A stretch of DNA of 63,624 nt, counting the filler, from Sphacelaria rigidula (Eukaryota), in the NCBI GenBank assembly GCA_964200075.2. It is 8 parts of 8 records of this genome, joined end to end, with 100 filler letters (N's around TTAATTAATTAA, not from the genome) between each part and the next. Parts side by side here need not be neighbours in the genome. Positions count along the whole stretch, not along the records: positions 1 to 7,866 come from CAXNAA020013167.1; positions 7,967 to 15,832 come from CAXNAA020013168.1; 6 more parts are not named here. One strand, 5' to 3'. Positions 1 through 10,890 of the stretch are shown here, in pieces. The notes under the pieces are model-generated. The model was not told the DNA's origin and did no database searches. It saw only the letters and a list, made by a program, of their open reading frames with translations. The position numbers were made by a program, and so were the translations under genes. The stretch's first letter is position 1; every line of letters begins with the position of its first letter.

Positions 1-127
1 CTTTCCATGTACCGTGTACTAGTGCTGCAGTTTCCTGCCGTTGCCATCCCGACATTGAGATCTCACCTTCCGGATCCATCACCAGTCTTACCTCGCATAG
101 GTGCTATTCGCGCTGTTATACGAAAGG
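1..127 (+). repeat. Exact 127-bp terminal direct repeat of contig 1 (second copy 7740-7866)
   Basis: CTTTCCATGTACCGTG...GTTATACGAAAGG at 1-127 is identical to 7740-7866. Confidence 0.97.
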
Positions 128-570
128 ATCCAGTTGTATACTCGGTTCTGTTTCTTGTGATATAAGTGAAAGTCAGCTTAGATATATGAGTGGTTTTGGG
201 TTGACACGGCAACTCCGGGAGGGGAGCAGCGTGTCAAGCAAAGTGTGCTTGGTTCAAGGAGCCAATGAGACGTGTTCACCCCACATGACTTGCAAAGCTC
301 TGGCACCATATTCAGTAGCCATCTTCCAGGTCTTCCGACTGCGTCCTTACCGCGTGGGAGATCTGACGCTTCGGAAAGTGATGCCTTCTTTCAGTCACCT
401 GCCCAAATTGGTGACTACCTCCACGCTAAACTCTTCGCCTCTGTTCAGCGAATCTTTTGAGGGGCATCGGAAGTTAGGCACATTCTGTAGGGGCACTGAC
501 TACCCCGTTTACTTGTGTTGATGGCAGTGAAAAATCTATTGGGAGATCGAGAAGCGAGGTCAAGTGCCTG
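1..570 (-). mobile_element. Degenerate Ty3/Gypsy integrase core (pseudogenised)
   Basis: Frameshifted minus-strand peptides LDLASR...MCLTSDAPQKIR / NRGEEFSVEVVTNLGR / DLPRGKDAVGRPGRWLLNMVPELCKS / EHVSLAP*TKHTLLDTLLPS follow the order of the rve integrase motifs (D..SRF, SDxGxEF, PxxxGxVER). Contains many stops. Confidence 0.6.
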
Positions 571-899
571 CAGATGTATGTGTATGTGAGTGCAACATTA
601 CCTCGTCCCACGGGCCTACCGCACGCCCCTACCTGATGGCCGTTTGGCGACTGCTTGACCTCTTGGGCCTCCTGCAACGGCATGACAGCACATCTTACCT
701 GATATCTTTCATACTTGTTGACGAAAGGGAGCGGTCATGCATCGTGGAAAGGATGGCGCCTACTGCTAAATTTTCGAGTGCTAATCATTATTTTTGGAAC
801 CGCCGGCAGCTCCTCAGCATCGACTCCCAGGTATCGCTTTTATTTCGTACTCAGATCGCCTTTCACCTACCGTTTCGGCAGTCGTTTTCCCCTCAGGCC

Positions 900-1640
900 C
901 AATGATTTTGTGGGGCTTCAGCAACAGTAGAAGGATTGCAAAAACAAATAGACAAGGCGCAAGAATACACTAGGCAATGGAGAGTGACAGCAAACAGCGA
1001 ATGAGAGTGATAAGGAATGTGAAAATATGCGCAATACTCGTCTGTAATGAGGATGAGAAAAGTCCACTGGAGTTCTTCAGGTGAAAGTGGGGAGGAGAGG
1101 AACTGTCGATTCTAGACCAATATACATACTTCGGTGCAGAGATCTCAAAACACTGTTCTTGGGATGCACAAATAAGCAAGGTAATATAGAAGAGTAAGGC
1201 ACAGATAGGAAGGATGAGCGTGATCCTCAGAGACCCGCACACAGACACCAGGACTGAGAGATGTATCCTGATGAACTTGATCGTATCACAGCTGGAATAT
1301 GCAGGAGAAGTATGGGAGTGGAACGTGAAATTGGTGAAGAAGTTAGAAACAGTACAGATTGCAGCAGCTGAGGGGGTATTTGGATGCTCGAAAACGACGA
1401 GTAATACAGTTTTGAGAGCAGAGTTGGAAATGTACTCACTTGAAACAAACAAAAGGCACGAGGAAATTCAGATAGCAATATAGCTTGAACATGCAGAGAA
1501 AGAGACTGACAGCTATCGTTGATAAGGCTATATGGAAGAAAAGTACGAAAGGGGATGCCATAAGGTGGGATAGAGAAGTCCAGAAAGTATGGAAGGAGAT
1601 AAGAGAGGGCCAAGACGAAATACTGTCCATAGATAACAAG
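900..1640 (+). mobile_element. Degenerate LINE (non-LTR) ORF2 fragment: end of RT domain and thumb
   Basis: Fragments NDFVG (xADD-like), GLQKQIDKAQEYTRQWRV, WGGEELSILDQYTYFGAEISK, ILMNLIVSQLEYAGEVWE, TTSNTVLRAELEMYSL, with frameshifts and stops. Confidence 0.85.
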
Positions 1641-2081
1641 GTTTTCGTGAGATTGAGAGTAGAGGGCTGATTGAGAGCGGCTTTGATCATTCGCCGTAAC
1701 ATGACTAATTTTTCATCAAGTGTGTGCTTTTCTTTGCGTCCATCACTGGCGTGTGCTTTCAGCTACATGTCGATATCCCACTCATGGGTATCAAGGGCCT
1801 TAGTGGCAAGCTACTACAGGAAGAATATCGCGCCTCGCGGAGGGGCAGTTCGGAACTGAAACGATTAATTATCTCAATCACACGAAAACCTTGTTAGATG
1901 CAGGCGTGGGGTACAAGACAAAAGTGAGCAACATGATAAATATAAGGGGGAAAAAAAGAGCGCTCCGACGTGAGGTAGACGGGAAACAACACCTGGAGAT
2001 ATACGGGGGTTGAGAGAGGGTATCGGCGAAAAAAAGTGAAACTGCGATTTCGGATAAGGGGCCTTGACCTGCCGGAAAGAT

Positions 2082-2142
2082 TAATTGATTGATTGATTGA
2101 TTGTTGCACTTTAACTGACCCCCCAGGGGTCCAGCCGTGGTC
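2082..2142 (-). repeat. 3' end of a (CAAT)n-tailed retroelement
   Basis: Minus strand CCACGGCTGGA...TCAGTTAAAGTGCAACAATCAATCAATC matches the tails at 40645-40730 and 46201-46260. Confidence 0.6.
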
Positions 2143-2199
2143 TCATGTTAGACGTACTCAAGAAAAACGAAACTGAAACACGCTCTGAGAAAAAGGAGG

Positions 2200-2576
2200 A
2201 ACAGAAAAAACGAAGAAAGAAGTATACCAGCAATCGGAAAGAGGAGGAAGTTGATAGACAGAACTACCTCTGTGGCAAAGCAATAGGGAGCAGAAGTCAT
2301 AAAGGGGCACAGTGTGAACTATACAAGAAGCAACGGGACGTGCTAGAGGGGGAAATACGGGACGTGAACGAAGGTGGCATGAAATCGTCTGATGTATTAG
2401 ATATGTCAAAGGTTTTTTCGCAAAGTATGGAAGAAACGTAATGAGCTATGGAAGAAGCGTAATGCGCGCCGGAATGTTGAAGGTGCCTCTATTAGGAATA
2501 GGAGCGGTGATCCATCTCGAAAGGGATGCGTGGTCAATGGTCAAACGACTAAAGCCAGCAACAAGTGAGTACGCCC
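2200..2576 (+). mobile_element. LINE ORF2 C-terminus and 3' terminus (degenerate)
   Basis: Decayed Cys/His knuckle region (YLCGKAIGSRSHKGAQCELYK), then [42 protein letters not shown] followed by GTACGCCC. The same terminus with a long C run occurs at 46668-46743 (minus). Confidence 0.75.
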
Positions 2577-4046
2577 TCAGGTCCGATTGCACCTGTTTTT
2601 TCAAACGGTTTCCTCGCTGGCGATCAGATTGGATGCGCTGGGAAGGGTCTCCAGAGCACGATCATTCGCCACTGTATTTCCCCCCCTTGCGGTGTCGGGT
2701 GAAGTAGGCGTGTCCCCCCCTGCGGAGGGCACTTCGCCTACCTTTGTTCCTTCGCTAATTGTGCGGAATAACCAGTACCCACACCTGTTACGGAACCTTG
2801 ATCGGTGCTGTTCGGGCGGTCCCGGGTCTACCACTTGGGGAGCTACGTGATGCTACTCGACAATTAAAAGTGGCGTTGATTTGCTGCGAATGGAGTACAG
2901 TACTCTCGAACAAGGGGTATTTGTAGCTCACCGTTGATGGTGGCCAGAACCTGCTTCGGGTCCGTGGAGAACAGCCCAGTGTCCAGAGAGCCCGGCAGAA
3001 CGCCTACCAGCTCCCGTTTCTCCGATTCACCCACCTGTTAACCTTACGCTGCAACCTTCCCGATATATGGTTACACCCTTTTATCAGATGTCTAGCAAAC
3101 CGCCACCGGCTACGATTGGTGGAGCTGCTGCCGATGCCCGATCTCACCCGTTATCCCGAGTTGGCTTTCGTTGCGCTTAGTGGTCGTCCCTGGAGTTCGC
3201 CATCGCGGGTTTCTCAAGACAGATGTACCTGGGGTGTCCTTTCGTGCGTCAGGCTATGGCTCTAGCAAAATATTTGCCAAAAAAACACCATGGATGGGCG
3301 GGGCTGTAGCTTGCAACATGGAAGTAGCAAAAACAAATAGCGAAGATGGCTGTAGAGAAAAATTGGCACGGGGAGTAGAGAGAATATAACTGAAAATGAA
3401 GAAAGAGAGGATAAAAACGGCAGAAAATCAAGGGGTACCATACGGCAGACAGGGGGGCAAAATGGAAAAAGAAAAAATCGAGTCGGTGAAAGGAGAGAAT
3501 GACGCAAATAGTGCATCGTGGGCTAAGACTGCTAAATGCAGACGATGAGGGAAAGGGATCACTAGTATAAAACGGTGCGATCGCGAAAGAGAAAAAAAAT
3601 CAACAGCAAGAAAAATACCAGCGGGAGAGGAAATAAACATGGTATGATGCGATACCAACGACCATGGTATGCCTCGCGGCATTACGCAGGCACGTTCGGG
3701 GCGACAGGAGCGAGCAAAATCGAACAGCAAAAGCGGCAGGGGCGGACGGGGGGGGCGTGGTATTAGTGCGTACTCTTCCGATGTTCGTGTGCAATTCCGA
3801 CACCTAAAACAAAATTAAGACGTGAATAGTATATAAAAATATAATATAATAGAATAATATAAAATATAATGAAACGTGGGTAACTGTGAAGGGAAGAGTC
3901 GAACGCAACGCTACAGTAGAGAAATGGTGGACAAAACAATATGATCAAGGCGTGAGCCCTGCACATAATATCTTACACAATCGATGTGTCTACTGCTGCC
4001 GAGCAACGGCACTGGTTGCCCCAAGTTTCCCGGCGTGAAGAAAACC

Positions 4047-4142
4047 ATGTAGTGACGGTCCTCTGAAGTGTAGTGACGGTCCCATGCAGTGTAGTGACGG
4101 TCCCATGCAGTGTAGTGACGGCCCCATGTAGTGAAGTGACGA
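4047..4142. repeat. 21-bp minisatellite (GTGTAGTGACGGTCCCATGCA, about 4.5 copies)
   Basis: Tandem copies seen directly. Confidence 0.9.
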
Positions 4143-7117
4143 TATGATGTGTCAAAAGGTAGGCCGATGAGAAGATCCCAATGTAGTGGCGACATATGTT
4201 GTGGCGAGGAGCGGAAGCGAATCCAAATGACTTGACCCGCGCAATGACTTTTCACAATGCCGCACATCAATCAATCATACTAGGGGTCATTCGTCATTTG
4301 CCGGGCGTTGAACATGTTTCGCCCCCAGGATGACTCCAACATAGATGCCCCGTATGCTGGTCAGAAATTCATTCGGACTCACGCAGAATGATCCGAACAG
4401 CTGCTCGAGCAGTCCTATTTGTGCGCTCAGGGTTCTTTGGGACGAAATTGCAGGCAGCGTAAACACGCTGTCCCCGCATGCAGTACAGTGCAAACGCAGT
4501 GCGATCACGTACCTGGCTAACACAGTGCAAACATCATGCGAACACGTACCTGGCTAACATGGGTAGGTACCGCTGCACCAGATCTAATAGGAACGTGACA
4601 TGAAAGACACATCTGAACCGCGCACATTGCACGCGGAGTGCGGTCTCCCAATATCTGACTGTTCGCAAGCAATCAACAGCCTGTATATATACCTACCTCC
4701 AGGTGGATTTTCCCCCCAACTGCTGGCTTTGTGCACTCTGCGCACGCATGTTCGCCGGTTACCGTCTCGGGCCACTTCACTTCATTCTCTAGTAGTGGGA
4801 CAACAGCACTTACCTGCAGCCTACAAAGCACTTAGTACACAATGCGCACGTTGTACTGTACAGTAACACCCAGACCTCTTATGAAAGAATGTGTACTGCA
4901 CTAGGAGGTGTAAACAGAATTATCAAAATTCGCTCGTTTTCCAGCGCAAGCTCGTGTACAGGCGAACGCATGCTGTCTGCAGCATTCTGTCGTAGCGATG
5001 GTGTGCGTGGGTTACCACGCCGTGAACAAGCAGGGCCGTGTATAAGGGTGCACGACGGGATGTACTTCCAGTGCCACTTTGGCGTGGCAAATATCAAAGC
5101 ACAAGACAGCTGCGATCTGGCCGGCGCGATGGTTGCTTCTAGAAGCCAAACGGCATGACAGTTTTTGGCCCGAAAGACACTGGCCCGTGCTTGGCGAACT
5201 CCAAGCTTGAACAGAAAGCACGATTTTCTACACCGTATGCAAACACAACGCAAAACAGGACAGCTCTACAGCGATGCGACTATGCAGTACTGGTTATCTT
5301 CTCGATTGGTCACCATGTCGTGGTCGAGTCTCAGGGTGGCGTATCAAGCTCGTGGGACATAGGCTGGGGGTGGTACCACCAGCGGCCAGCATAACCGTCA
5401 CTGCAGCAAACAGTTGTGTTGCACCAGAGACTCACCGAAGAGTTCGGTTCAACCAGCACTGCATGCATATGCAATACACAGGCTCACTTTCACGTGCAGA
5501 AGAGTGCTCTTGACTTGCTTGCAAGAGAGGTGTCTCCAAGTGGTGGCTTTGTTATTAGGCTTGGCTAGGTAGCTGGAAAAGTTGTGAGAGACTGGGCACG
5601 CAACACCTCATACTGGAGTATACCACTAATATGCGACTGGAATACGACCTATTGCACATGCCATATGTGCTTCGAAACGCCCACAATTGGTACAGCCGAT
5701 ATCTGCCGTAACATCCCCCTCCCTTGCCTTGTACACGCTGCTAATTGAAGGTAAGGAAAATCACAGCTTAATGCACTCCGGGGGAATTCCCTTAACTCTG
5801 TATGCCATCAGCTCAAGATCATATCAACGACGAGAAAACCGCAGAATTTCGGGGCTAAGACTAACCGCGGGAGAAACTCGTCATGAAATCGGAAGGATGG
5901 GCAAAACCTAGTTTTCAGGAAAAAGCCTCATCGCTTGGGAAAAAATCTTTCACGCCCTTTCGGAGCATAGCGAGTGCTTTCGCATGCGCTATGTCGTCCC
6001 GGGATCCCAGTTACACTGGGAACCGAAACCACGGAGCAAAGCCGGTGACTATTTTGCGATGGTAACGGCGCCTAGACACCCTTGATTGATTTACATTAAT
6101 CCTGAGTAGTGTAGGACTCGCAAAAATAGCTGACCCACTAAAACAAAACCAAGAAAGCGCTTACTGGTTGATGGAAGTGCGTAGGCTTTTCTCTCACCGA
6201 CCAGCAGCAATTGACCTACTGGACACCGGGGAACTCCTAAATCTTAGATCAACAGTTCCGTCATGGTACAGTGTCCAAGCAGGTACTCGTTGCCCACCCT
6301 CTTTGTACAATGCTTACTCCACGATTTGAATTGCTTTACTAGAAAGGGGTGGTGCACCCTAAAAATCGGATCAACGTTCTCCGAGGACGAAGAAACACAG
6401 GGTGGGATCAGGTATGACAAAACTAAGAAATATATAATCTTCATGGAATGCAAGACCGGGAAAAAAACAAGGAGCGAAGCAAGATCAACTCCGCGAAAAG
6501 GTGGAAAGGAAAAGAGAAACCAAAAAATAGTGCTGGAGGACCGAACCAGGCCCACAACAAAAGGAGAAGGGGAGAAAGGATACTGAAACATGAAGGAAAA
6601 CTAGAAAGGGCATGACACGTCCATAGCACGAAAAGAAAATGAAACATGAAAACAAAAAATATGAAGGACTGACACGAGAAAAAGGATCAGGTCCTACGAA
6701 ATCAAGAGAAGCCAAAACGGTTGAGGGAAACAAATAGACTCCAGACTAGAAAACCAAACAGAGAAAAAAATATGAGGGCCTAAGGAGGAAGTTCTGATCC
6801 GAAGAAAATCGAGGCAAATAAATCGAGAAGGCGCCCCCTCATAAAAAAATCAAGATCAAACGTTATAAGGTGAGAAAATAAAGCCGGGAATGATGCAAGG
6901 TATATGACCGAGCCCATGATCAACGGGAAAACACGAGTGAAAACAGATCCGAAGAGAGTAAAAAAAAAAAAAGATGCTGAACAGCTGCTCCAAAGAAAAA
7001 AAAGAAACAGTACTGAACTACTGCCCATTACTATATATAAAAAAAGACAAATACAAACCGCTGCTCGCTTCTGTAATGCACCACAAAACGGTCTCCTGCT
7101 CTTTCCTTCGTACAATA

Positions 7118-7739
7118 TTAATGCTTTTCTTTGCTTCGTTCGCTCAATGCCATCGGCTCGCTCGTCTGGGCCACATGCTGGAGCTCTTTACTTCGTCTTC
7201 TCATCACTCTTCCGAAGCGTTCACCGTCGTCGAACACTTGTTTTTTTTGCTGAGCTCCGTCAAAATCCTCTCGGAATGCAAAACCTACGGGGAACAAGTT
7301 CAGAACATCACTGCGCGACAGAGGGACATGGCGTGCTCGGGCGGGATGACATACTTGATGCCTTGGCTGGGTGGTGCAGATGCCAAAGGGCGTGGAACCC
7401 GTCGACTCGTGGAGCATCAGGCTTTCCAGGACTCTGCTTTCTGGTAGCCCCTCTGACATTGCTCCATCCTGGACCTTTACTCGCTATTTCCAACCTGTTG
7501 TTTTTTTCTTCTGGATTTAGACTCGCGACGGTGTTTCAGGGTGAGGAGGTGGGGTGTGGGGTTTCAAAGGTTGGCGTCGCCTCGAAGTCTTGTAACCCCA
7601 CATCCGTCAGCGATTGAATATCTCAGGTGGGGCGGGTAACGGTATGCGGTTCGACCTATAGCGAACTATCTTGCGCGTACGTATTTTGTGTCCTTGCATC
7701 ACCACCTCCAGACCGCGTGCCGTCATCTATCCTTGCTAA
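7118..7739 (-). mobile_element. Degenerate Gypsy integrase C-terminal region, continuing 1-570 across the contig-end overlap
   Basis: Peptides RDGNGRKLQH*YTVHGK (GPW/GPY-like, within the 127-bp overlap), PPHLRYSIAD, MSEGLPESRVLESL / DGFHALWHLHHP (chromo-like) and LSRSDVLNLFPVGFAFREDF in shifting frames. Confidence 0.5.
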
Positions 7740-7866
7740 CTTTCCATGTACCGTGTACTAGTGCTGCAGTTTCCTGCCGTTGCCATCCCGACATTGAGAT
7801 CTCACCTTCCGGATCCATCACCAGTCTTACCTCGCATAGGTGCTATTCGCGCTGTTATACGAAAGG

Positions 7867-7966
7867 NNNNNNNNNNNNNNNNNNNNNNNNNNNNNNNNNN
7901 NNNNNNNNNNTTAATTAATTAANNNNNNNNNNNNNNNNNNNNNNNNNNNNNNNNNNNNNNNNNNNN
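7867..7966. other. Artificial contig-join spacer (44 N + TTAATTAATTAA + 44 N); identical spacers at 15833-15932, 23799-23898, 31765-31864, 39730-39829, 47695-47794, 55660-55759
   Basis: Seen directly: seven identical 100-bp spacers carrying a six-frame stop linker. The intervening contigs are 7866, 7866, 7866, 7866, 7865, 7865, 7865, 7865 bp, i.e. length-sorted unplaced contigs. Confidence 0.98.
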
Positions 7967-8044
7967 CGGTACTCCAGAAAAACTCAGAAAAAAGGACGAC
8001 TACGAATTCTGAAAACTTCTGACGCTGACTACTATAAGTATCGC

Positions 8045-8713
8045 ATCTGCGCCCATCATTGAATGTCTTACGGGCTGACCGTTTTTCGGGCGTCCTGAGA
8101 CTGCCCAGCCCCCCAGGTTCCGACCCTTGAGCATTTTTGCTCGATTGAAGCAATCCCAATCGTTTTCGTAAACAAATAAAAACGATTGTTTTTTTCAATT
8201 TTTACCTATTTATTGCTCCAGAGCCGAAAAACTGTGTTTTTTGGACCAGTGACGGTCGATAACACCCCCTGATGAACAAGGTACTTACTCCGTATCACCC
8301 CGACAGCACCAATTGAGGATTGCAGTCTGAACACGGAGCTTCTCTTCCCAATATCTATTGACGGTATGAGCAGGACTTTCAAGTGCCGACGACGGACACT
8401 ACACCGGAAAATTCACAAGAGTACCCCAAAACGAAAATTGCCCAAGCGAGCTCTGCATAGCACAGCGGGGATGCACCAATTCCGATCACTCTCATGGATG
8501 ATTTTACAGACCCGTATTCTCTATTTTCACCTCTTTATTGCGCTAGAGCCGAAATAAAATGTGTTTTGGACCAGTCCATTATTGAGCGCAGAGACGGTTT
8601 TTGGTTCGGAATGTGCAGCGGATGCCTAGTATCTCCCGACCCCCAAACGTTGGGGTCAACCGCTCTACGAATAATTCACAATTGCGTCTTTTTTCAGATG
8701 AAACCTACTGTAG
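8045..8713. mobile_element. Non-autonomous TIR DNA element, copy A (left end not seen)
   Basis: 8045-8660 is homologous to ~9717-10370. Its end TTTCAGATGAAACCTACTGTAG (8692-8713) is the near reverse complement of the left end of copy B (9554-9574). Confidence 0.7.
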
Positions 8714-8865
8714 CGCTGTGGATTCTCGAACCCCGCTGTCACGTCGTTTGTGTTCTTGGGACAACGGATCTGATAATCCACTTCGATTGATTAATTTAGG
8801 TGGCTCATGAGCTGTCCGACCTGTGCAACTTTGGCGGTTCACCTGTGTGTTTGTCGTGTGACCAG

Positions 8866-9045
8866 GGAGGGCCATGTGGGGAGCCAAGCTGCAACGTCTG
8901 CAACATCTGTACGCACGGGTTCAAGATGCAGGGCTACGCCGGCCGCACGGCACAGAACACAAACTTTAACCTGCGCTACGGAGAAGGGCTCTACTTCTTC
9001 AGCGTATCGGGGAAGGCGAACGACTACGCCAGCGGCTCGGAGAAG
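8866..9045 (+). CDS. Isolated 180-bp exon encoding part of a PARP-catalytic / ADP-ribosyltransferase-like domain (gene fragment, possibly pseudogene)
   Basis: CAG|GGA...AAG|GT boundaries, phase 0-0. Peptide GGPCGEPSCNVCNICTHGFKMQGYAGRTAQNTNFNLRYGEGLYFFSVSGKANDYASGSEK fits the PARP pattern IxxxGF...(Y/F)GxGxYF...KAxxY, preceded by a Cys cluster. Donor GTGTAC is weak. Confidence 0.7.
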
Positions 9046-9553
9046 GTGTACGCCGGGGATGTCTCCCATTTGATGATTATTGATGACATGTTTTTTTGGG
9101 ATGGATGGGAGAGATGGAAAACATGTACATGTCTGTAACCGGTGATGTTTCGTTCATGTCGGACTTTCTTTTTTTTTCATAAAGTCTGCTGTTACGACCA
9201 CGGATATTTCGTAGGCACTTTTTATTTATGTTTTTCAACGCCGTTCGAGACGCTGGCATTAATTCAAGCTGCAGGCGACATCACTCCATATTTTCATGTT
9301 GCCCAAAAACACTGTATTTTGATTACGTACACAGTCAGTCAGAGACAGACTTGAGACGGAGACAGAGAGAGAGTATTTCATGTGTCAAGAACGTATCTTT
9401 GTTCCTGCTCTTCTATGACTTATCTGAATGGTAGTGTTGACGACATGCGGGACAAGAATACGAGTATCTTCTCGCTGCCTCCAACATGACACCGAACATA
9501 ACCAGCCTATATGAGATAGAAAGTCTTCGCACGTACCGTTCCGTTGTCCTGCC

Positions 9554-10432
9554 CTACGTAGTTTACATCTGAAACAGGAGATTTTTGTAGTTTTTTGGTA
9601 GTCGGGGATTTTCAAAAGTGTTTTCGCGTGCCACCGGTCATCCCAGTGAAAGTTTGATCTCGAAGTTTGGAGATTGAGAGATACTAGGCATCCCCTCCAC
9701 ATTCCGACACAGAATCACATCTGCGCTCATTTTTTAACGACTTCTGTGCTGACCGTTTTCGGGGGTCCTGAATCTACCCAGCCCCAGGTTCCGACCCTCG
9801 AGTATTTTTGCTCGATTGAAATCATCTCAATCGCTTTCATTGAAAATGAATGTGATTGTTTTTTTTCCATTTGGAGCTATTTATTGCGCTGGAGCAGAAA
9901 AAAACGTGTTTTTTGGACCAGTGACGGTCGATAACACCCCCTGATAAACAAGCAATCTCCGTATCACCCCGACAACACCAATTGAGGATCGTGTTCTGGG
10001 TACGACCTGCTTCTCTTCCCGGTATCTATCGACGCTAGGAATTTCAAGCGTGAAGGACGGATTTTAAACGAAGAAATTCAGGAAAGTACCCAAAAACGGA
10101 AATGGCCCAAGCGAGCTCTGCATAGCACAGGCGAGGGTGCACCAATTCCGATCACTCTCATGAATGATTTTACGGGCCCTTTTTTTCATTTTCACCTGTT
10201 CATTGCGCTAGAGCCGAAACGAATTATGTTTCAGATCAACAACGGTCAATAACACCCCCTGTCAACTCAACTCGAAAGTCGTTCAATATTGAGCGAAGAG
10301 ACGAATTTTGTTTCGGGATGTGCAGCGGATGCCTAATAATTTCCGACTCCCAAACTTTGCGATCAACCACTCGCCGGGATAAGCGGTGGCACGCGAAAAA
10401 AACATTGATAATCGCCGACTACAAAACAATTG
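9554..10432. mobile_element. Non-autonomous TIR DNA element, copy B, with long imperfect inverted repeats
   Basis: ~9590-9715 (GTAGTCGGGGATTTTCAAAAGTGTTTTCGCGTGCCACCG...TAGGCATCCCCTCCACATTCCG) is the inverted complement of ~10305-10430. No ORF. Right TIR is cut short by the satellite. Confidence 0.75.
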
Positions 10433-10444
10433 TCAAAGTGTCCG

Positions 10445-10890
10445 CGGGTAGGTCGAGTAGGGTATATTCAATACTCGGTATTTCTGAAGGGTCATACTTT
10501 TAGTGCTGAAAATTTGAGTAGATAATTTGATACCATACTCAACCTACCCAAAAATTGAGTGGACTAGTGAGGCCGTACTCGACCTACTCGAAATTTGAAG
10601 AATATTGAGGTCATACTCAAGTGATACTCTATACTCAAGTAGTATCATTACTGAGAGTGCTTACTCAAAATTCGAGTAGAGTATTTGAGGTCGTACTCGA
10701 TCTACTCAAAATTTGAGTCGAGTATTTAAGGCCGTACTCGACCTACTCAAAATTTGAGCAGAGTATTGAGGTCATACTCAAGTGATACTCTATACTCAAG
10801 TATTACTGAGAGTGCTTACTCAAAATTCGAGTAGAGTGTTCAAGGCCATACTCGACCTACTGGAAATTTGAGTAGAGTATCTGAGGCCGG
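10445..10890. repeat. ~41-bp minisatellite with higher-order structure
   Basis: Unit approximately TTTGAGTAGAGTATTTGAGGCCGTACTCGACCTACTCAAAA repeated in tandem. A variant block (GTGATACTCTATACTCAAGT...ACTGAGAGTGCTTACTC) recurs at ~10620 and ~10782. Confidence 0.9.

Noticed and set aside
6904..7617. 237-aa plus-strand ORF
   Set aside because: No recognisable motifs; it is antisense to the Gypsy relic and starts in A-rich low-complexity sequence.
1..7866. Plasmid or circular DNA virus
   Set aside because: No Rep, polymerase, capsid or other intact ORF is recognisable; content is decayed host transposon sequence.
10445..10890. CRISPR-like array of palindromic ~40-bp repeats
   Set aside because: Units are contiguous with no unique spacers, the intervening block is itself repeated, there are no cas genes and the context is eukaryotic.
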